From the NCBI GenBank assembly GCA_000934665.2, contig JYFJ02001049.1, forward strand, positions 1-64,000: a stretch of DNA of 64,000 nucleotides. Reading direction: 5' to 3'. Shown piece by piece: positions 44,101-54,206 of the stretch. The notes under the pieces are model-generated. The model was given only the letters and a program-made list of their open reading frames with translations. It did no database searches and was not told where the DNA came from. Source of the DNA: Catajapyx aquilonaris (taxonomy: Eukaryota). Each line of letters begins with the position of its first letter. Position 1 is the first letter of the stretch. Made by a program: the position numbers and the translations under genes.

Positions 44101-45784
44101 GTATCGACTGGGAGGAAATGAAAAGATGCCATAAATCGGAGCTACCGCCACATTTGATGCCCGTTTCTCATCTGTAGGACGATAAGCGAGAGGAGACCCT
44201 CCCCAGAATACCTATATATCTGAGCGGCGGAATTTTCTCGCGGGGGAATGGAGACAAAATTGATGGGCCTCCAATGAGAATCAAGCCTGTCTCTCCGTAC
44301 CTAATGGCTCGTCATCAGGAAGGATGCGGTCTTCATTTTCCTTCCCCGGGAGCAGTGGGAGGGAAGTTTTCACCTCCATCCAAAAGGACTATTAGGAGGT
44401 GCCTTCTTGCAACGACAGACACATACTTTGATCTCATGTCGCCAAGCAGAATGAGGATTGTTCGTTCCATTCGTCTGAAGAGGGAACCGCTGGCAGGTAG
44501 AAGGTGCCAAAGGAAATGAGAGCTACTCCCCTCAGGAGATGCTGTCACAGCCACAGCCACACCACTGATTGTGTGCAGCAGAAGCAGGCTTCAAGACAGA
44601 GGATATTGAGTCCTTGCTCCAGGAAATCCCATTACACTTAATGCCACTCTCTCACGAGATTTCTTTTGCGACGACCAATCGCATGCCGGCTGCTAAGAGG
44701 AAATGCCACCTTGAATATTTCGGATGTTGCCCCGCATGCGATGTCATTTCAGGCGAGCTCAATGCGCCAATGATCACGGAATCACGTGCTGAAACCAATG
44801 CGACACGCTGTGTAGCCGACCCTAATCCGATTTCTGGGGACACACTGTACTATTACACTTTTTAGAAGCTCGTGTACTTTAAAGTTTGCTGCACAAGTTA
44901 CCACTTAGACGTGCATTTAGCCGAGAATTCAAGTGACAAGCACAGGGATGGCGAGATGAGGCTGGGTGAATGGGCGGGAGGCAGCAGGGAACATCTTGTG
45001 TATACCATCATTCCGCACAGTTGTGTTTGTCCGAGGAAAAGTTGGGTCTCCCAGCAGAGGGAGCAGTGCAACTCAAACTCTGAAGGGAAAAGTGTCTGCA
45101 GATGTCGGATGGTTGTAGGAAAAGGGGGTGGGCGAAAATGCCTTAGAGACAGGTTCATTCCGGGAGCCCCTTTTGAACTGAGATGAGCACAAGTCCACGG
45201 ATGCCGTGCCAACTACGTAGTGTGCATTTTTTTGGTAGACTCAGCAGGAAGCCAGGGCGGTGCCAATCAATAGGAGTTATAAGGGATTAAGCTCACGGAA
45301 CGCTGTTTACCTGCAAGCCAGGTGCAGCACGTGCATGTCGCTCACACCCTACTCACGTACCGGCTTTGTCAACCGAGCCCCAAGTGGACCTAAAGTTGGG
45401 ACTTGCGGAACTTGCGGCTAAAAATCCTACATGCCCTAAAGGCTAAATTCATGTGCAGCTTGCGGTGGGGAGGACCATGGGAATTGAAACACCAGGTAGC
45501 AGATTACGTGAGACTCTGGTGTCCGTACTACGAGCAGTCGTGTATCCTGACTGTCGACAGCCACCCTTGCGACTTGTATGTTCGATGTGAAGACTGAGTA
45601 CCAGGGGCGAACAGCGATCCTGGCAGACAGGCTTCACGTATAGCAGGGTAGGCACATGGGTGGCTCTTAACAGTCAGGATACAACCCATACCAGGGTGAA
45701 ATATTAGTCGAGGGAAGACAGTTGTACCGTGGCGGTGACTCCCGCGGGAAGAACTGCAATTCGTCTGTACTTTCTGAAAATAAT

Positions 45785-48700
45785 ATGGTAGACAAATGGT
45801 TGTGCATGACAAAGAGTAACGACTGTTCCGGCCACGCACTATTGATTTTCATCTGTGAATTCGTATGTCGCATCCTGTACCTCTCCAGGTCAGTTTTTTT
45901 TCCCCCTCTCTTCTTGGCTCGGTCGGAATGTGAAGTCCCGAGCACACAGTGTGTCAGGACGATATTTCCATGGCCAATAAATGGCTGCTGGACTGCGGAA
46001 TGGAACGAATGGTTCAGAAAAGGAGCAAGGCGAATGGGAAATGATCTGGCGGACCGGGAAATTGCTTTTATCTTTCTCAGCTCTGTTTTTCCCCTGGTCC
46101 GGGAGGTCCAAGCCTTATTCGGCCTATTCGTGCGAGAGAGAAGGTGTATGAGAAAAGTGAAAAGAGTGGGAAATGTGCTCTAGGATAGATGAGGGACGAT
46201 GCATCCCGCCCAAGTTATGACGCTCGGGTCGTTTGAAGGAATTGCGTGTCCGTCCGTCTATCTATCGTCTTGATGAAAACTCTTTTTTTTTTACGAGAGG
46301 TTCCCTCCGCCAGAGCGCGGTAAAGTCCAAAGGGTGGGGAGCCTTGATGACATTAAGGTCATCAGGATGAAATGAAGATTAGGCTGGGAGCTCATTCAAA
46401 AATGCTGTCGCGAAGCGGAAGTTTCAATTCCATTTGGGAGGATGTGGCGGCTGATAACTAGGCTCTCAAATTCCGGCCTGGGCCTATCGTTCATCGCTGA
46501 TTCGATTTGGTTCTCGCTCCGGGCCTTCTCTGGATGTTCTGTGGCGCCTCGCGCCTCATTTCATCTAGTGGAAAGGGACTTATCGGCACTAGAAGCCTTT
46601 TAGTGGAATGTGATGCGATTTTTAAGGAATTGTGCGTGCTGTCATGTCTGGTCTATCCGCAGCTTGATGTCGGTGTTCCTCCTGTGGCTGTTCAAGAAGT
46701 ACAGGGAGTTCACACAGCGGCTGCTGATCTACTTGAACATATCTACTTTCCTGGTCAGCTGTGCGCAAGTGGCTGGAAATTACAGTCTCACGGGCTTCCC
46801 ATGCACTTTTCAAGCCTTTTCACTCACATATTCAGGTAATGGTGTTGCGTTGAGTACGAGCTTAGGTATGTGGTGACTGATGTATAAACCTTTCAGAGTG
46901 GTCCCAACTGCTGTGGTTGTGGGCCCTGACCTTGAACCTGTTCGTGAACGCCGTGATGGTCCGTCAGATGGACTCGATGGAGACAGCGTGCCACTGCGTC
47001 TGCTGGCTTTTCCCGTTGATTCCGGCCGTCACGCCCGTTTTATCCGGAGCGTACGGGCCCAACGGCGCCTACTGCTGGTTCTCACCCCACCACTCACTCC
47101 TGCGCTGGATCCTGTCAGTATACTATGCGACACTTCCGATACCCCAATGTCTAGATATGGCTAACTCTCATGACTGTTTCAGATGGTGCGGACCTGCTGG
47201 CATCCTGCTGGCGCTGCTGATTCTGGCGCTGGCCTTCCTGGCTCTCCTGGCACATCTGCGACTGGCCAGATTTGACCGCGTGTACAGCCTGGAGGTGGAG
47301 AGGCAAAGAGTGGCCCTCAGGCAGGCAGTCAAGCCTCTGCTGATCTTCCCCGTCCTAGTCTCCATCCTGCGTCTGCCTCCTTTGCTCTACAGGTATGGGA
47401 TGTTCCCCACCAGTCAGGGGGAGTCCATTTATTGGCCACACAAACAACAATCCGAGTTAACCTGTTGCAAACTGGCGATGACTTCCAACTGGGAGCGACA
47501 GGAGAGAAATTGTTGTTTCCGTTCTCCTCCAGCAACCCCTCTCTCGGATTGGATTAGAAAATCAAAGCCAAGCGAACACAAGTGATTGGCTTTCCGGAGC
47601 AATAAACGTCCGGAGTTTGGTGTAGTGTACACGACTGGAAGGGAAATGTCCCCTGCCCTAGTTCTGGTTGGACCTTTGCCCTTTTATCCAGGGTGCGGGC
47701 TTAAAGGTAAATTCAAATACCTTCCAGCGAGAGAAGAGTGATATTTCACAGTTCGAAGCCAAATCTTGCGAGTTCATCAAATAGATTCTCGAACACCCAT
47801 CCGACGTCTTAGTCCGGTTCTGCCACAGTTTTTCTCTTCTCGTTCCTCGGGGGGGTTTACCCAATGGGATCGATCTGCTCTGAATAAGATTTTTCGTCTC
47901 GTTATTCTGGAACCGGCTAGGGCACCTTTTCTATGGAAATAACCACTTTCCGCTGGGTTTGGAGACACAAAAAATGGCCTCAGAAGCGTGGTAACATGTG
48001 CTGTGCGCGGTTCTTGTTATTGCAGAGGCGTTCCAGAGAGTACATTTCATGAGCTGCACTTTTTTGTCAATAATGCAGCTATCTTATTTTTGCATTTACA
48101 GCAAGGATTACGATCATGGAGTGTACTGTACAATGCACAATTTTCTAAAAAGAAATTAATGACAAATAATCAGGGTAGTTCAGGACAATAAGTAACTGAT
48201 TGCATGGAAATATCGCATAGCCCTACCTCCAGGAAGGTGCTTCTGATACGGCATAGTCACATGTGATGAAAGCATGGGCCAGTGGCATTCCAAGGAGATG
48301 GTTGCCTAAGGGTGGATTTTGCCAAACCACCCAATGTCAACTGGGGAGGAGGAAATAAAGACGGATTGCGAAAGTGATCTCGTACAAAATTCCTCTACAA
48401 ACAATCAAGTTATTGACACAGCTCTTAGCCCACGGTCCCCTTCTAATCCCCAACTGCACTCTCCCACTTCTTGGGATGCCTGGAAGCTTTGCTTCTACTC
48501 TCTACGTCCCCTTTCAGGTCCCAGAACCCTGGATTCTATTACTGACCTACGACACTCCAAAGCCATCTTAGGAACGTATAACATTAATCCTTGAATGTAG
48601 AAGCAAACAGCTGCAGTAAGCTTTGTGGGTCACCAGTCCATTTACTTCCAATCCATATTCATGTGACACTGGGCTCTCTACCCACGCTTTTGGGACAAAT

Positions 48701-49771
48701 AGGGGATTCAGGCACTAAGAGTTACATTTACCTTTCCTTAGCATGCAACAAGTGTGGTGGGATCTCTCGGAGTTCTGGTTGACTCTGGTGGCCATCATCT
48801 GCGGATCAGTTGTTGGATTGGTTACCATGCTGCTCCTAGTCACAGACAGGGAAATGAGAGCACGTCTTACCTGGTCCCAACTCAAGGTACAGAACACACA
48901 ATTAAGTCTATCCAGATAATGAAAATCAAGTGAATCTGACTGCCCTGAGAGGAGGCTGTTCCTCATCAGTCATCAACAACAAAGGCTAGTTTACACTACT
49001 TCCGGCTGCAGGGCTTATGCTTCCCAAAGGGCAAATGGAGCATAATCCCTTAAGTTCTAATTAGTATAAACTGGCCCTGGGTGTATGGCAGTGTCATTGT
49101 CTCTTGCTTCTCCCTGGAGCATCCAAGGTTTCAGATTTCATTCTGTGGAATTACCTTACCTTCAAAAGGGTATGAGTTAATGTTGTTTACCATCTGATAT
49201 TTCTACAACCACTGAATGGTGCTGATGTCACAAGCTTGTTGGTTTCAATGCAGAATGTCATACTTGCCATTGTGGCGTCTGTACCATTTTCTGGTTAAAA
49301 TTAAGCAATAATGTAACTGCAAAGGATTAGTGCTGAAAAGGACAATTGCATTGATTTTATTTATGTATAAGAAGCCTCACACGTTAGTAGTATACACTAT
49401 ACGTACTTAGTACTTACCGCTTACCGCATAAGCAGGAACTTTGAAAGGTCAGGAGGCTTACAGGTCTTGTTTGACAGAATTGGTTTCCTCTGGGGAAATT
49501 TGCATGCTATTGCCTTTTTCCCCTCACCTCATACTCACCTGACCTAATTTTTTGGCAACCTACCCACTGACCCAAAACTGTGTTTCAGGCTGCATGGCAG
49601 ATCCAGCTGAATCGGCAGACAGTGACAAGGGAGTACCCTATCATGTTCAGAGGGGAAGATGAGGTGCGCAAGGAGAACAATCAGGTGGTGCAGTTTGTGG
49701 AGTATGACCGAGTGGACTATGACAAGCTCGTGGGAAGTGCTGGTAAAAGCCAGTCGTGTCTAGAGGAGTGA
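45785..49771 (+). CDS. cAMP-receptor-like (CRL/Dicty_CAR class, GPR157-related) 7TM GPCR, ~343 aa. Predicted coding exons: 45785-45888, 46663-46835, 46897-47113, 47183-47392, 48742-48886, 49589-49771
   Basis: All six exons join in frame through GT..AG introns with matching phases (total 1032 nt). The product has seven hydrophobic segments and motifs I recognise from CRL-type receptors: LWLFKKYREFTQRLLIYL (TM1-ICL1-TM2), CTFQAF...EWSQLLW (TM3), YGPNGAYCW (ECL2), LWCGP (TM5), VKPLLIFP (TM6), DREMRARLTWSQLK and REYP (after TM7). Exon 1 (MVDKWLCMTKSNDC...) is the least certain; it was chosen for its phase-2 AG|gtcagt donor and two N-terminal cysteines. Confidence 0.8.
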
Positions 49772-50214
49772 AGCACATCAAAAGCAAGAACTCCAGTATC
49801 TCTTCCATTACCTGCTTTTGAAGTGTTACAGTTATGAGCAAGGTAAGTTTGTGTGAGATCTGGGGGTTAGGAAGAAGAAAAGTTACTTCTTACTTCCAAA
49901 GTTGATCTCTTATTCCTGGACCGTTGCATTTCTTTCTCTTTGCACGTATCACAACCTCCCCAATGTGAGGGTGAACTAAGGACCAAAGACTGCCATATCT
50001 ATAAAGGTTTTCCTGTACTCGTATGAAAAATTATGCACAAATATCTGGATCAATATTACTGGAGGTCCACGCAAAGAGAAGCCAAAGGTGAAGTGATTGA
50101 ATACGTCGAAAAGGGTTGGGTAGGAGAGGGAGACTTTCTGTGTTTCACTTGTAAATCAATGTAGTGGTGGGAATAGCGGAATAACTGGCAGAATTTCAGT
50201 TCATTAAGTCTCTG

Positions 50215-50220
50215 AATAAA
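50215..50220 (+). terminator. Candidate poly(A) signal of the GPCR gene (AATAAA); further copies at 50638 and 50836
   Basis: This is the first AATAAA I found downstream of the GPCR stop at 49771. Confidence 0.4.
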
Positions 50221-50945
50221 TTATTGTGATTAATTTCCTTTCACACACATTGATATTGGAAGAACAAATTTAAATGCTAATAATACAAAATCATTTTGTC
50301 AAAAATGATGCAAATACTAATTTAGCTAAATTAGGTATTGTTACATGTCAGATAACCATCACTATTTCAGTGCATAGTTACATGCTCTTTCCTGTAACAT
50401 CCTCCCACACACATATCCCCTTGTGACGTGAGAGAGCCCACCCAAATCTTTATTTTTATAAATCCTAAGTCATCAAGATTTCTAGTGGTTGCAAGAGAGA
50501 ACTCTTAAGACCACCAATCCTCCCTTTGCATAGGGTAAATCACACTTAAAATGATGCAACTTATCATGACGCCGTTTCCACATAGCGAGCGAGTGCGTGT
50601 GTGCTTATTACTCCTCTTCCTAATATTTGCCCCATAAAATAAATAAGGGCATTGAAAAAAACTACAAAAAAAAATTTGTATTAAAATGTTGTGCAGTAGC
50701 TGTGTCTGTGATATGTCAATATGAATAGATTTAATTTCCATGACAGTAAAAGTAGAGAATTAGTGACAATACCATTGGAATTGTATTTACCTCACCCTGA
50801 CCATGTCTCACCCAGTTACATCTTGGAAGCCATGCAATAAAAGTACTGTATTTTTTGCCACCTTCGACTTTAGGACGAATCCCAGCCACCTAGGAGAAGA
50901 ATAACTGGCAACACTTGCTGGTCAATTGCCCTCAGTCACATCCTC

Positions 50946-50951
50946 TTTATT
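50946..50951 (-). terminator. Candidate EIF4E2 poly(A) signal (AATAAA); alternative at 50449-50454
   Basis: tttatt on the + strand lies ~370 nt downstream of the EIF4E2 stop. Confidence 0.45.
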
Positions 50952-51318
50952 TGTCATTCAAGAAAAAACGAGACAGGAAAAGGAAGCAAAAATGACAAAT
51001 GTCAAAAAAAATGATAAAGTACATACTCTGAAAATATGCCATCTTCAAAACATTGCCGTAAATTGTGAACCAAAACAAGAACTGCTAGGATTGTACTCGT
51101 TGTACAAAAGAACAGCGTTGTTGTCCAACACTACTCATAATGCCTAAGACAAATGCAACATTCAACATTGTGTCTCTCACACAACAAGGAGCAGTTATTA
51201 ACAGATTAAGGACTGGCTGATCTCTGTATATCTTTATCCTTTTCCACTTGTCTAGCGCCAGGAGGACAACTAGGTCAACAAAAAAAGAGATGAGGCACCA
51301 GGACCGCACAAATTCTGG

Positions 51319-53466
51319 TTACCTCATGAACACATCTGTGTTTCTGAAACTGGAATTGTCTCTGTGGAGATACCCCCACCAAAAGAAAAGAAAAAAGAAA
51401 AGGCGGACATTAGGTCAATGCAATGTACGTTTTCTTCAACGAAAAAAATATATATAATGAAAATAATGATACTCACTTCAAGCTGTCAGTGTGCGTTTTG
51501 TACTCCAATATGGTGTTGGACGGCAGGTTGAGGATCCTCTTCAAGGTCTCTTTGATCTTGGCTGTGGCTACTTGGTCCGAAGCTGTTCTGTTCCAGACTG
51601 AGATTATGTCTTCCTGCAAAGTCACCACATATCCGTTAATTTCAGTTTCCACCTTGTTTTCATGAGAGAGGCATAAGGTTACCACTGACCTGGTATCGGA
51701 TGGAGATGACTGCACCACATATTTCATCTCCAACAGTGAACTGCTCACCAAGGATGGCCAAGACAAGGTTTTCCCAAAAACGGGAGGCAAGGCCCTTCCT
51801 CAAGCGCACTATCCACTTTCCCCCGTATTTGTTTGCATCATCCTGTCAACATAAGGTAATATTAACTTTACAAATACATCATGGGAAGCACTCCATTACC
51901 CCTCCATATATTAGTCCAAAAATATCCCATATGGACATCACCAGTTTATATGTCAATTATTTGTTTCACTTAGGGAAAAAAATGTTAGCTGGAATCATGA
52001 GCATATATTTAATTTAGACCTTGCTGTAGATGCTGTAGATTTCAAGAAATTGACAGTTTCGTGATACAGATTTCAGGAAAAGTTATCAAAAATCAGTTTG
52101 AAGACTGCTCAATAGATGGCAGAAAGAAATCACAGCAGATTCTGATTTATCATGAATGGTTCACAGGGATATCTTCACAAAAGAAAAAAACTTATGAAAA
52201 TTACATATCACGTGTATAACTGTGTTAACCAGACATAACATAGCACCTTCGCATATTCTCATTATGAGAAAAAAATTGCCTCTATGCAGAGATCCATCTC
52301 GAACACATGTTACATGCACTTATTAAAACTTACAAGTTATACCTTTCAATAAGTTTTTGAAGCATTCATGTAACAGGTATTTCATGCCAAACAAAGGGCC
52401 TAAATTAAAAAGACTGAAAACTGCTCATTGCTTTTGAACAGCTATGCCACAGCAGGCAAAGATAATCCAAATCTGGGGGACCAATAACCGCAACTAGGCT
52501 TGGTGCAGTCCAACTCCTAGCTAAGAATTATTGCTGATTAGCCAATAGCTACACTACCAGCCAGGAACTGGTTGGTGCATGTGTGCGTAAGTATTCTTAG
52601 CTGGACCCCAATGCTAACCATTTTAAATTTTTTCTATGCAATCAGTCATTGTTGTGGAATTATATTGTGGGAGAAATCCAGTGAATTAGCTGGTTACATT
52701 CGAAGAAGCAGTGATAATATTTTCAGGGGAAGTTAGCTTGGGGGTACAGCAACATACTCCAGCTAGCTAGGGTAACAAATCCCATTCAGTGCCACATGCT
52801 CTTGCCCCTCTATTGAAACTGTATTCCACTTTTGCCGTGGAAAAGAGACTTTCTGTCACCTGGAGCTTTACTAAAATGTCTCTGAAATGCATACATGGGT
52901 CTTTTACAAGAAATTTTCTGCACCTGTGCATGTTACTTACAGGTTCTTACACTTTCATGGGTGTCTATCAACATACCTCCCACATGGGTTTGATCCCTTC
53001 CTTGAAGAGGTGAAAATCACTGTGTGAATGCAGGTCTGATGGCCTGACCAAGTGGCTGTAGAAGGCCCAAAACTGCTCCACAGACGCAAACCGTCCAATC
53101 TGTTTCAGGTTCTGGTCAAAACTCTGGTTCTGTTTTCCTGGCGTTCGGCGGCTGAACCACACTGCATATGCATTCTCTAGCCTGTGTTCATTCTGCGGGA
53201 CCTCCATGGGAGGCTGGGGAAAAGGGCACAGTTGGCGAAAGGTATCCAAACTCTCAACAACTTGGCAAGCAAATGATAGTATTTTGCACCAACGTACCAG
53301 TTCATCTACCTTCTTGGCTTCTTTGGCATAGCTTTCTTCCTCACTCTCATCGCTCATACTGGTCTTCAATCTGATGCAATGAGAACGCACCATTACAACT
53401 GAGAATTTAAACCCGCTGTCTGCTGCACACTTACCCATCATACTTGTTGTCAATATCTGATGTCAT
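51319..53466 (-). CDS. EIF4E2: Eukaryotic translation initiation factor 4E type 2 (4EHP), ~224 aa. Coding exons in transcript order: 53466-53435, 53370-53298, 53213-52977, 51842-51690, 51613-51477, 51361-51319
   Basis: Spliced translation gives the eIF4E core: EHRLENAYAVWF, SFDQNLKQIGRFASVEQFWAFYSHL, DFHLFKEGIKPMWED, GGKWIVRLRKGLASRFWENLVLAILGEQF, EICGAVISIR, EDIISVWN. Tyr and Phe replace the first and third conserved Trp (eIF4E1 W43/W56), the class II signature. The C-terminus KDNSSFRNTDVFMR* is 4EHP-like. All introns are GT..AG with consistent phases, and the start context is gctgccATG. Confidence 0.96.
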
Positions 53467-54206
53467 GGCAGCAGCAGGGGTTGGGTTTCCTATGTACAAT
53501 GGGGGGTGGAAAATGCTTCCAGGCAAGTCCTTACTCTCTTGTACGTCTTCCTCCTCTCTCGTGGTGCAGCTGGGGCCAAAGGATGCTGTACAGGTCTCCA
53601 GGTGATGGGCCAGGGGTTTATCAAAATATAAATATATACAGTCAACCGGATTCAACGATTCCTCCGAACAGCTGTTCTTTCTTTTCCTGGGGCCCGCAAC
53701 TCTAGTGTGTGTGTGTGTGTGGTTGGGTGTGTGTGAATGTGTCTTTTCGGGGGGGAGGGGGGGGGGGATAGGTGTGTAAAGGTAGGGGGGAGGGAGGGGG
53801 TGTGAAGGGGGGCGGATATGGCCAACGATGTTCTACTAGAAACAATCGGTGGGATCGACGTGACACGGTAATCCGCGGAAATCACACCTGCGTGTGACCT
53901 GGCATGCTTTTCACACTTCATGCCGTCAAAATTAAAGCTGATTAGGCTCACAATGTTATATAATTTGGATAATTTACACGGTTAAAATCTGGCATTGGCG
54001 GCGCACATTTCCCTCGCTGGCCAATCGGTCCGTGAAACAGCAGGAACTTTACAACACGACATTTCCGTCGTAATATTTTAAAAGACACTATGTATAATTA
54101 TTATTCATGTGATTTTAAACATGTAGTGGTGACATTTTAAAATTCACCTAAGGCAGCCTGGTCTTTTAAGGCCGTAGATGGCGCAGGAAGGAAGCGCTTG
54201 GCAAAA
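53467..54206. promoter_or_regulatory. Bidirectional promoter/5'UTR region shared by EIF4E2 (-) and MED4 (+)
   Basis: The divergent start codons are ~740 bp apart. The interval has CCAAT on both strands (attgg ~53994, ccaat ~54021), ETS-like GGAA cores and a TAGATGGCGC motif at 54175-54184. A YY1-like AAAATGGCG overlaps the MED4 ATG. TSS positions cannot be read from the sequence. Confidence 0.7.
53705..53812 (+). repeat. (GT)n microsatellite followed by a G-run-rich tract (potential G-quadruplex)
   Basis: gtgtgtgtgtgtgtgt is followed by gggggagggggggggggata...ggggggagggaggggg...gggggg. Confidence 0.7.

Noticed and set aside
393..45700. Numerous 60-180 aa ORFs in the ORF track (e.g. 7112-7483, 23705-24184, 26643-27179, 30674-31144)
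   Set aside because: They show no recognisable domains, many start at non-ATG codons, and they overlap on both strands. This is what chance produces in non-coding DNA.
46442..46603. Alternative first coding exon for the GPCR (MWRLITRL...)
   Set aside because: It ends in a stop with no good phase-2 donor. The 45785-45888 exon fits the phase and the TM1 pattern better.
53467..53655. Stop-free in-frame extension upstream of the EIF4E2 ATG
   Set aside because: It has no upstream in-frame ATG (the ORF call uses TTG) and no eIF4E-like sequence, and the ATG at 53466 has a good Kozak context.
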